DNA from: Spirochaetia bacterium
GTDB taxonomy: Bacteria; Spirochaetota; Spirochaetia; SZUA-6; Bin103
DNA: 64,000 nt
Assembly: GCA_965199955.1 (NCBI GenBank)
Contig: CBDATQ010000001.1
Span: 1,312,001-1,376,000, forward strand
Direction: 5' to 3'
Numbering within the stretch: the first letter of the stretch is position 1; every line of letters starts with the position of its first letter. The position numbers and the translations under genes are program-made. Shown here one piece after another: positions 18,696-27,052 of this stretch. The notes beneath the pieces were generated by a model that had not been told where the DNA came from, did not search any database, and saw only the letters and a program-made list of their open reading frames with translations.

Positions 18696-19055
18696 GGACG
18701 AGCCCGGGATCCGTGAACCCGTACACCAGCTTCCCATCCTTCTCGACCCACTCGTACGGAAAGGTACCGAAGGCACCGAAGAACTCGTCGAAGAACCCCT
18801 TCGGGGCATCCTCACGATCTCCCGGCGCTGTCATCGGAAAGGTGTCCCGGCTCCCGTTTCCGTCCGGATCGTCGTTCCGAAACGCCCTGAACGCCGCCTC
18901 GAAGTCGTCCAGCGTTACCGGGATCTCCGTGATACCGGTGTTCAACAGCCACTGGGCGTTCCAGGCGATGGCCCGCCGGGCGATGCCTGAGGGGTGCAGC
19001 AACGGCAGGACCATGTTCCTTCCGTCGAACTCGCTGAAGGACCACAGGTCAGGCG
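18695..19055 (-). pseudogene. Internal fragment of a solute-binding protein paralogous to 23760-25478
   Basis: RRAIAWNAQWL...TLDDFE.AF..FRNDDP...DT...TAPGD...GFF.E.FGA.GTF...W.EKDGKL.YGFTDPG is colinear with the 23760 protein. Confidence 0.85.
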
Positions 19056-19105
19056 CCGGCGTCGCGTGTCACTTCCTATATCCTTGCCGTTCCAAGGAGC
19101 GACTC

Positions 19106-20521
19106 GTGAAAAGACCCCACATCATCTACATCCTTTCCGACGAGCACCGCGGCCAGGCCATGAGCCACGCCCGGGATCCCAACGTGCGGACGCCGTGGAT
19201 GGATCGGCTTGCCGCCGAGGGGGCGAGCTTCGAGCGCGCCTACGCCAACTGCCCGATCTGCACGCCGTCGCGGGGGACGATCTTCTCCGGGCGCCACGCG
19301 CACGCCGGACCGGTGGCAGGGTTCTTCGACGTGTTCAAGCCCGCGGCGCCGAGCACGGCCACGCTGCTGCGCGAGCTCGGCTACCGCACCGCCTATTTCG
19401 GCAAGTGGCATTGCGGCATCGTGCGCAACCAGGTGCCGGCGTCGGCGGCCGAAGATACGACGGGGCTCTTCGAGGGAGGATCGCGGAACCGCACGCCGGA
19501 GTACTTCCGCGCGGGCTTCGAGGACTGGTACGGGTTCGAGAGCCTGAACCGCCACTTCAACAGCTCGATCTACGAGCTCGACAACGCCGATCCGACCCCT
19601 CTGGACGGCTACGAGACCGACGCCCTCACCGACCGGGCGATGGAGTACCTGCGCGGTAATGATGGCGACCAGCCGCTGTTTCTCGTGCTGTCGGTGACGC
19701 CGCCCCACTTCCCGCTGATCGTTCCCGACGAGTGGAAGCGCTTCGATCCCGCCGCGCTTGCGGTGCGGCCGAACTTCGCCGACACGCCACGGATGCGCGC
19801 GCATCTGGCCGACTACTACGCCATGATCGAGAACCTCGACTGGAACATCGGCCGGCTCATGGATTGCGTGCGGGGGCTGGCGGGGTTCGAGGACGTGTTG
19901 ACGGTGTACGTCAGCGATCACGGGGACTACATGGGCTGTCACGGGCTCTACAACCAGAAGGAGCACTGTCACGAAGAGTCGGTGCGGATTCCGGCGATCT
20001 TCCACTGGCCCGGCCAGATCCCGGCGACCGGACTCAAGGACGGACTGTTCAGCCTGGTCGATCTGATGGGGACGACGCTGGGGCTGATCGGCGCCGGCGT
20101 GCCGGGCTGGAACCAGGGCACGGACTTCTCCCCGGCGCTTCGGGGCGAGCGCTTCGACGCCCCGCGGGACGTGTTCCTGGAGATGGTGGGCAGCCCGCGC
20201 TGGGACCTGGGCATGCCGGACTGGCGCGGACTGGTGAGCGAACGCTGGAAGTACGCCTTCAACGAGCACCGCATCGAGCTGCTCTTCGATCTCGAGAACG
20301 ACCCGTTCGAGCAGCACAACCTTGCGGACGGAAACCCGGCCGAGCGCCGTCGGCAGCGCGCACGCCTGCTGGAGATGCTGGCCGAGACCAGGGATCCCTA
20401 CTGGGACGTGCTCATCGAGCACGGCGTGGAGCCGGCCGTTCCGAAGGACGTCGCGCCGAAACCGGGCCGCAAGCCATACTGGCTCGGAGCGATGGCGGGC
20501 GTGCGGAACGACGCGGGCTGA
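19106..20521 (+). CDS. Cys-type sulfatase
   Basis: PHIIYILSDEHR, CTPSR (CxPxR), GKWH, SDHGD, LFDL..DP.E..NL; GTG start after aaggag. Confidence 0.92.
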   Translation: MKRPHIIYILSDEHRGQAMSHARDPNVRTPWMDRLAAEGASFERAYANCPICTPSRGTIFSGRHAHAGPVAGFFDVFKPAAPSTATLLRELGYRTAYFGKWHCGIVRNQVPASAAEDTTGLFEGGSRNRTPEYFRAGFEDWYGFESLNRHFNSSIYELDNADPTPLDGYETDALTDRAMEYLRGNDGDQPLFLVLSVTPPHFPLIVPDEWKRFDPAALAVRPNFADTPRMRAHLADYYAMIENLDWNIGRLMDCVRGLAGFEDVLTVYVSDHGDYMGCHGLYNQKEHCHEESVRIPAIFHWPGQIPATGLKDGLFSLVDLMGTTLGLIGAGVPGWNQGTDFSPALRGERFDAPRDVFLEMVGSPRWDLGMPDWRGLVSERWKYAFNEHRIELLFDLENDPFEQHNLADGNPAERRRQRARLLEMLAETRDPYWDVLIEHGVEPAVPKDVAPKPGRKPYWLGAMAGVRNDAG

Positions 20522-20534
20522 AGGAGGAACAGCG

Positions 20535-21698
20535 ATGCAGTCGTTGGCGCAGGACTATGTGGTGGTGGCGGAGTCACCAGACAAGGAGCGGCACTTCGCC
20601 GGCTCGCCGGGGATCACCCGGCTGCCGGGCGGCGAGATGGTCGTCTCCTACGAGTGGTTTCAGCCGAAGCCGTACACGGAGACCTTTCCCAACCAGACCG
20701 AGGTGCGGGTGAGCGCGGACGGCGGCAGGACCTGGGAGCTGCGCGGCAAGACCGACATCATCTGGCCGAGCTGCTTCGTGCACGCGGGCGCGCTCTACAT
20801 GATCGGCAACCGGCGCCAGTCGCGGGAGGTGATCATCAGCCGCTCGGAGGACGGCGGCCACACCTGGGCGCCGGAGGTCGAGGTGTGCGACCGGCGCAGC
20901 CACGGCGCGCCGACGGCGGTGACCTTCCAGGGCGGGCAGGTCTATCGCGCGTTCGAGACCTGCCCGCGGGTCGGCCGCTCGGGAGGCGGGCGCTCCTCAT
21001 GGGAGTCGTTCGTGATGGCGGGCGACCTGAGCCGCGACCTGCTCGATCCCGCGGCGTGGCGGGCGTCGCCGATGGAGCGGTTTCCCGGCGCGCCGTACCC
21101 CATGAACACCTTCGCCTATCCGCCGGAGACCGGGACCGAGGACTGCTGGATCGAGGGCAACCTGATCTCCGTGCGCGGCCGGCTGCGCAACCTGCTGCGC
21201 CTGCACGTGCTGGGGCGCGCTACGGTGGGCCTGGCGGCCATCTGCGACCTGGAGGACGACGGCCGCACCATGAACTACCGGTTCAGCCAGTACTGCCCGA
21301 TGCCGGGCGGGCAGTGCAAGTTCCACATCGTCCACGACGAGGTCTCCGACCTGTTCTGGACGTGCGTGAATCCGGTCTCGGACACGCTGACGCCCGTGAA
21401 CGACAAGCTGGCCGAGATCGGCTTCCGCGGCATCGTCGCCAACGAGCGGCGCATCCTGCTGCTGATCTACAGCGCCGACGCGCAGAACTGGTTCCAGGCT
21501 GGCTGCGTGGCGATGAGCCGCAAGATGACCGAGTCGTTCAGCTACGCCTCCAACCTGATCGACGGCGACGATCTGGTCGTGCTGTCGCGGACGTCGGTGG
21601 GGGGAGCAAGCCAGCACGACACGAACCTGGTCACCTGCCATCGCGTGCGCGGCTTCCGCGACCTGGCGCTCGACCTGAGCCGCGACTTCACCCGCTGA
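20535..21698 (+). CDS. BNR/Asp-box sialidase-like protein
   Basis: SADGGRTW, SEDGGHTW Asp boxes; EGN, NERR.L.L..S.D..NW, FSY; strong SD aaggagg. Confidence 0.75.
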   Translation: MQSLAQDYVVVAESPDKERHFAGSPGITRLPGGEMVVSYEWFQPKPYTETFPNQTEVRVSADGGRTWELRGKTDIIWPSCFVHAGALYMIGNRRQSREVIISRSEDGGHTWAPEVEVCDRRSHGAPTAVTFQGGQVYRAFETCPRVGRSGGGRSSWESFVMAGDLSRDLLDPAAWRASPMERFPGAPYPMNTFAYPPETGTEDCWIEGNLISVRGRLRNLLRLHVLGRATVGLAAICDLEDDGRTMNYRFSQYCPMPGGQCKFHIVHDEVSDLFWTCVNPVSDTLTPVNDKLAEIGFRGIVANERRILLLIYSADAQNWFQAGCVAMSRKMTESFSYASNLIDGDDLVVLSRTSVGGASQHDTNLVTCHRVRGFRDLALDLSRDFTR

Positions 21699-21787
21699 GG
21701 GTCCATCGGAGCGCGTTGGGCGCGCCGGCTCCCCGGCGGTCGGATCCATTGACCGCCGCCTCCTGAGGTGGTAGCGTCCGGCTTCGC

Positions 21788-22756
21788 ATGGCGTTGTCGA
21801 AGGCAGCCCCGAACACCGCCGCTCGGGCCGACCTCGTCTCCATCAACCGTCCGTCGATCCTGAAGCAGTACTACCGCCACCGCTATCTGTTCGCCCTGCT
21901 GGGTGCCGCGCTCGTCTGGACCATCATCTTCAAGTACGGTCCCATGTACGGGGTCATCATCGCGTTCAAGAAGTACCGGCTTTTTGACGGCATCTGGGGC
22001 AGTGAGTGGGTCGGGCTCCACTATTTCGTACGGCTGTTCAACGGGACCACCGATTTCGAAAGGGTGTTCCGCAACACCCTCCTCATCAGCCTGTACCGAA
22101 TGTTCTGGGGCTTTCCCGCGCCCATCATCCTGGCGCTGCTGTTGAACGAGGTTGCTCAACGCCACTTCAAGCGCGTCGTGCAGACGATCAGTTACCTGCC
22201 ACATTTCCTGTCGTGGGTTGTCCTCGCCGGCGTCATCGCGGCGATCCTCTCTCCGTCCACGGGCGTCATCAATTCGATCATCACCCTGCTGGGGGCCGAC
22301 AAGATTCATTTCCTTGCGGACTCCGACTGGTTCGTGACCGTCCTGATCACCACGGGCGTCTGGCAGCAGGTCGGATGGGGGTCGATCATCTTCCTCGCCG
22401 CCATCGCCGGGGTGGACCCGCAGCTTCACGAGTCGGCGATCATCGACGGAGCCGGCAGGATCCGGCAGGCGTGGAGCATCACGATCCCGTCGATCATGCC
22501 CGTGATCGTCATTCTCTTCATCCTGCGCGTCGGTGACATCCTGGAAGCGGGCTTCGATCAGATACTGAATCTCTACAATCCGGCGGTGTATGAGGTCTCC
22601 GACATCATCGACACCTACGTGTACCGCGTGGGTCTGGAGGAGCTGAACTTCAGCCTGGCCGCGGCCGCCGGTCTGTTCAAGAACGTGATCGGTCTGATCC
22701 TGGTCGTGATCGTCAATCGTATCGCCAAGGCGGTCGGCGACTACGGGATCTGGTAG
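21788..22756 (+). CDS. Carbohydrate ABC transporter permease (LplB-like)
   Basis: KYGPMYG..IAFK, FPAPIILALLLNE, YLPHFLSWV, GWGSII.LAAI.G.DP.L.E.A.IDGA. Confidence 0.93.
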   Translation: MALSKAAPNTAARADLVSINRPSILKQYYRHRYLFALLGAALVWTIIFKYGPMYGVIIAFKKYRLFDGIWGSEWVGLHYFVRLFNGTTDFERVFRNTLLISLYRMFWGFPAPIILALLLNEVAQRHFKRVVQTISYLPHFLSWVVLAGVIAAILSPSTGVINSIITLLGADKIHFLADSDWFVTVLITTGVWQQVGWGSIIFLAAIAGVDPQLHESAIIDGAGRIRQAWSITIPSIMPVIVILFILRVGDILEAGFDQILNLYNPAVYEVSDIIDTYVYRVGLEELNFSLAAAAGLFKNVIGLILVVIVNRIAKAVGDYGIW

Positions 22757-22770
22757 GAAAGGCGACTGGC

Positions 22771-23658
22771 GTGGCGGTCCGCACTACCGGCGAGAAGGTC
22801 TTCGGGGTGTGCAACGCTCTGTTCCTGATTCTGTTCTCGGCCACCATCCTGTTTCCTTTCGTCAACCTGCTGGCGGTGTCCCTCACGCATGGATCGAGCG
22901 AGTACCTGAGCAACGTGATGCTCTGGCCGCGCCCCTTCTCCACGAAATCGTATGAGGTGATTCTCGGTGACGGCGACCTCTACTGGGGCTACCTCAACAC
23001 CATCGTGCGCACCGTGGCCGGCACCTTCGCGACGGTCGTGGTGCTGCTGTGCGCTGCCTATCCCCTGTCGAAGAAGTACTTGCCCCACCGCAACGTCTAC
23101 ACGTCGATCTTCGTCTTCACGCTGTTCTTCTCGGGCGGCCTGATCCCCACCTACATTCTGATTCGCAGCCTGGGCCTCATCGACACGCGGCTGGTGTTCA
23201 TCCTGATCAACCTGGCGCCGGCGTTCTGGCTGCTCATCATGCGCAATTTCCTGATGACCATCCCGGCGGAGATCGAGGACTCGGCGCGCATCGACGGCGC
23301 CAATGAGATCGTCACGCTGTTCCGGATCATCGCCCCCATGTCCATGGCGGTCATCGCCACCATCGGACTCTGGAGCGCCGTCGGGCACTGGAACGCGTGG
23401 TTCGACTCGCTCATCTACATCAGAGACCAGCACAAGCACGTGCTGCAGATCTGGCTGCGGCGCATCGTGATCACCGCCAGCGACAAGCTCACCATCGAGG
23501 CGGAACAGGCGTTCGACGAGGCGGCACTACGCCCCGTGCGGCCGGCGACCCTCAACTCGGCGGCGATCTTCGTCGCCATCGCGCCGATTCTCATCGTCTA
23601 TCCGTTCATACAGAAATACTTCGTGAAGGGGGTGATAATCGGGTCTCTCAAGGGGTAG
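22771..23658 (+). CDS. Carbohydrate ABC transporter permease (LplC-like)
   Basis: FFSGGLIPTY, EIEDSARIDGA, YPFIQKYFVKG..IGSLKG. Confidence 0.93.
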   Translation: MAVRTTGEKVFGVCNALFLILFSATILFPFVNLLAVSLTHGSSEYLSNVMLWPRPFSTKSYEVILGDGDLYWGYLNTIVRTVAGTFATVVVLLCAAYPLSKKYLPHRNVYTSIFVFTLFFSGGLIPTYILIRSLGLIDTRLVFILINLAPAFWLLIMRNFLMTIPAEIEDSARIDGANEIVTLFRIIAPMSMAVIATIGLWSAVGHWNAWFDSLIYIRDQHKHVLQIWLRRIVITASDKLTIEAEQAFDEAALRPVRPATLNSAAIFVAIAPILIVYPFIQKYFVKGVIIGSLKG

Positions 23659-23759
23659 CATTGGCCCCTGCGGCCCTTGGGGCCGTAGCTCAACCGCGTG
23701 TCTTGACGCGAGGAGATCGCCAAGCGCGCGACCAAACCAAGAAGGAAGGATCGAAGACT

Positions 23760-25478
23760 ATGCGCAAACTCTCACTATTGCTGGTCCTGGTGCTGCTCGG
23801 CGGGTTCGCCCTGGAACTGGCGGCCCAGGAGTACACCTACACCAGCGCGGCGACCAACATGCATCGCCGGGACGCGGAACTGAACATGACCAAGCGTTGG
23901 CTGGACGAGTACTTCGACGTCCAGTTCGACTGGGTGGTCACGGAGAACCAGTTCGAGAAGCTCAACGTGCTGCTGGCCGCCGGCGAGGTGCCGGACATGA
24001 TCGCCATGCGGATGAATCCCGTGCAGTTGGCGACCTACGCCGATCAGGGCGTCCTGGCCGAGCTGTCGGTGGACACCATCCGCGAGGTGATGCCGGAGTA
24101 CTACGCTCACGTCGCGTCGTTCGGCGACGAGCGGGTGTGGAAGTACGGCGAGATCGACGGCAAGCACATGGGGCTGCCGATCATCAGCCCGTGGAACATC
24201 TACCGGCGCGGCATCGCCTGGAACGCGCAGTGGCTGCACAACGTCGGCATCGACAAGGTTCCGGAGACGCTGGACGAGTTCGAGGAGGCGTTCCTCAAGT
24301 TCCGCAATGACGACCCCAACCAAAGCGGCGCGAAGGACACCTACGCGTTCACCGCGCCGGGTGACCAGGAGACCGCCCCTGCCGGCTTCTTCCAGGAGAT
24401 CTTCGGCGCCCACGGAACGTTTGCCTTCCAGTGGATCGAGAAGGACGGCAAGCTGCAGTACGGCTTTACCGATCCCGGCACCAAGGAGGCGCTGGCGCTG
24501 CTGGCCGACTGGTATGCCAACGAGGTCATCGATCCGGAGTGGGTCACCGAGATCGGGCGCAAGGACGGCGCCAACGACGTCTCGTGGAAGTTCGCCAACG
24601 AGAAGATCGGCTACGTCTCCTCGCTCGGCTCCGACGACTCCGAGTGGGACGGCGGTGGCCACCTGAACCGCAAGTGGCACATGGCCCATCCCGAGCACCG
24701 CGCCTACATCTACGACGATCCCGACTGCTGGCCGGACGACTGCGCCGGCCAGGGGCACTACAGCATCATCGCCTTCACGGAGATCGATCCTGCCGCCCAC
24801 GCGTCGGTGACCGACTACCATCCCTACGTGGCCGGCGAGCCGCCGATCGGACCGCGCGGCGACGCCGGAATGTCGATACGCGGCCTGCAGCCGCTGTACG
24901 TGACGTTCGGACGGCAACTCGAGCGTGATGAGGACAAGCTCCATCGCCTGCTGCAGGTGTTGAACACCATCGCCACCGACCGCGCGCTGTACTATGCGGC
25001 GGCGCTCGGCTGTTTCGTCGGCGACACGACGAAGGTGTGTGAGGAAGCGACGCCCTGGGAATGGGTGCCGTTTGACGGCTCCGAGTACGGCGACCGATTC
25101 GCTCAGACCGAGGACTGGCTGGCCGACCCGCGCCGCCAGGGCGAGCTGGGCCAGAACCTGGCCGGCGGTTTCTCGACGAACCCGTTCTGGGTGTACGCGC
25201 CGTGGTACAACGTGAGCCGCGGGGCAAGCGGCGTGCAGCGGCAGACGCTGTACGACACCATCGCCAGCCAGAACACCGTGGAGCAGCCGCTGAAGGTGGC
25301 GCTGCCCTCACAGGCCGAGTACGCGGACGTCGACAAGGTGCTCAAGGAGTTCTTCTACAAGGTCGTCCTGGGCACGCAGAGCGTCGACGACTACGACGAT
25401 GTAATCGCGCAGTGGCGCCGCAACGGCGGCGACATCCTGACCCAGGAAGCCAACGCGTGGTTCGACACCGTCAAGTAG
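23760..25478 (+). CDS. Extracellular solute-binding protein, family 1 (LplA-like)
   Basis: Signal peptide MRKLSLLLVLVLLGGFALELAA; LAAGEVPD, PETLDEF...L..F.N.DPN; follows the permease pair. Confidence 0.88.
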   Translation: MRKLSLLLVLVLLGGFALELAAQEYTYTSAATNMHRRDAELNMTKRWLDEYFDVQFDWVVTENQFEKLNVLLAAGEVPDMIAMRMNPVQLATYADQGVLAELSVDTIREVMPEYYAHVASFGDERVWKYGEIDGKHMGLPIISPWNIYRRGIAWNAQWLHNVGIDKVPETLDEFEEAFLKFRNDDPNQSGAKDTYAFTAPGDQETAPAGFFQEIFGAHGTFAFQWIEKDGKLQYGFTDPGTKEALALLADWYANEVIDPEWVTEIGRKDGANDVSWKFANEKIGYVSSLGSDDSEWDGGGHLNRKWHMAHPEHRAYIYDDPDCWPDDCAGQGHYSIIAFTEIDPAAHASVTDYHPYVAGEPPIGPRGDAGMSIRGLQPLYVTFGRQLERDEDKLHRLLQVLNTIATDRALYYAAALGCFVGDTTKVCEEATPWEWVPFDGSEYGDRFAQTEDWLADPRRQGELGQNLAGGFSTNPFWVYAPWYNVSRGASGVQRQTLYDTIASQNTVEQPLKVALPSQAEYADVDKVLKEFFYKVVLGTQSVDDYDDVIAQWRRNGGDILTQEANAWFDTVK

Positions 25479-25483
25479 ACCGC

Positions 25484-25564
25484 TCAGGCGCATAGCCTGA
25501 TCGGGCCTCGAACGAGGCCAACCGAGAGCCGGGCCGGCGATCTGCAGGCCCGGCTCTCTCTATT
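25484..25564 (+). terminator. Three consecutive hairpins after the SBP stop; last one terminator-like
   Basis: tcaggc/gcctga (25484-25500), ggcctcg/cgaggcc (25504-25519), gagagccgggcc/ggcccggctctc (25524-25558) followed by tctatt. Confidence 0.55.
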
Positions 25565-25601
25565 AGCAGCGAGTCGGCCGCGATGGCCGAAAGGGACGAC
25601 G

Positions 25602-25658
25602 ATGAAGCCGTTGGCGCAGGACCACGTGGTGGTGGCGGAGTCACCAGACAAGGAGCGC
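25602..25658 (+). repeat. Near-identical copy of the 5' end of the 20535 BNR gene (gene stump)
   Basis: atgaagccgttggcgcaggaccacgtggtggtggcggagtcaccagacaaggagcg vs atgcagtcgttggcgcaggactatgtggtggtggcggagtcaccagacaaggagcg (20535-20590). Confidence 0.85.
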
Positions 25659-25786
25659 CGACCGCGCCGCATGCCGGCAATCGAAGGTCGTAGGAGGCGG
25701 CGCGATGCGATCACGCGTGACCGCACGATCCTGCCGGAGCGTCCTCAGTATGGCCCCCTTCGAGGCTGCCGCAGTAGACTGACGCC

Positions 25787-27052
25787 ATGAGCAATGACAA
25801 ACCCTTGCGCGTGGCACTGATCGGCGCAGGCAACCGGGCCAGCACCGTCTACGCGCCGATTCTCCCCCACCTCGGCGAGTGGCTGGACCTGGTCGCGGTG
25901 TGCGACCCCGTGGCCGAGCACTCCGACGCGCTGGCCGCGCAGCTTGGCGCCCGGCCGTTCCACTCCATCTTCGAACTGGTGGACTCGCAGGTGGCGGAGG
26001 CGGCGCTGGTGGTCACACCGGTGCCCTCGCATCACTCCATCTCGTCCTTTCTCTCCGCGAACGGCATCCACCACGACGTGGAGACCTCCATGGCGGTGAC
26101 TCTCCAGCAGGGCCGGGAGATGTCCGAACGCGCCAGGGACGGCAACGTCGTCCTGCGCATTGGTGAGAACTTCTGGCGCTTTCCGATCGACCGGATCAGC
26201 AAGGCGGTGGCGGCCTCAGGGGCGATCGGCGAGGTGCGGCGCGTGCTGTGCATGTACGACCACACCGGCTACCATAACAACTCGCGCTGGATCGTCTTCT
26301 ACGAGTCGCACCCGCTGACCGCGCGTACGATCAGCCACACGATGCCGGTGGCCCCGTACAACTCGATGCCGCACCGCCACCACGTCGACGAGGGGTTCCA
26401 CTGCAACTTCTTCACGTTCCCTCAGGACCGTCTCGTCGTCGACCTGGCGGGCAACGTCAAGGGCAACCTGGGCCGGCATCCGCGGCCCGGGTATACGGAG
26501 ATCGCAGGTGCCCGCGGCACGGTCGTGCAGACGCCGGCCGAGAACTGGACCGGAGTCGCCGAGGTGCGCGTCTGCAGCGACGAGTCGCTCGCCGCGGGCG
26601 GCAAGGCGGACATCATCAGCCCGGTCGTCCATGAGCAGGCCGACGACGTCTGGACCCGCTCCACGGTCGAGGTCCCGGGCAGGACCATCGAGTACGTCAA
26701 CCCGTATCGCGTTCCCACCCGCACCGGCCGCCCCTACTATGGCGCCGCGGTGGCCGGCCACATCGTCGACTTCGTGCTGGCCGTGCACCGGCACAACGGT
26801 TCGCAGGAGGCGGCGGCGGAGTTGGCGAGCCGGGGCTGGGAGTACACCGACCGCGATGCGCTGGCGGCGATGGAGATGAGCCAGGCCTGCGACGAGTCCG
26901 AACTGCGCGGCGGCGTGGAGCTGGCGCTGCCGCTGGCGGCCGACCTGGAGCTCCGCTCCGAGGAGGAACAGCTCGCCTTGCTGCGCAAGAAGCTCGGGTG
27001 CGATCCGATGGACGTCGACGCCATGCTTGCGGTGAGCTACGCGCGTCCATGA
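25787..27052 (+). CDS. Gfo/Idh/MocA-family oxidoreductase (divergent, ETS in place of EKP)
   Basis: LRVALIGAGNRA, LVAVCD, H..VETSMA, GEN. Confidence 0.8.
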   Translation: MSNDKPLRVALIGAGNRASTVYAPILPHLGEWLDLVAVCDPVAEHSDALAAQLGARPFHSIFELVDSQVAEAALVVTPVPSHHSISSFLSANGIHHDVETSMAVTLQQGREMSERARDGNVVLRIGENFWRFPIDRISKAVAASGAIGEVRRVLCMYDHTGYHNNSRWIVFYESHPLTARTISHTMPVAPYNSMPHRHHVDEGFHCNFFTFPQDRLVVDLAGNVKGNLGRHPRPGYTEIAGARGTVVQTPAENWTGVAEVRVCSDESLAAGGKADIISPVVHEQADDVWTRSTVEVPGRTIEYVNPYRVPTRTGRPYYGAAVAGHIVDFVLAVHRHNGSQEAAAELASRGWEYTDRDALAAMEMSQACDESELRGGVELALPLAADLELRSEEEQLALLRKKLGCDPMDVDAMLAVSYARP

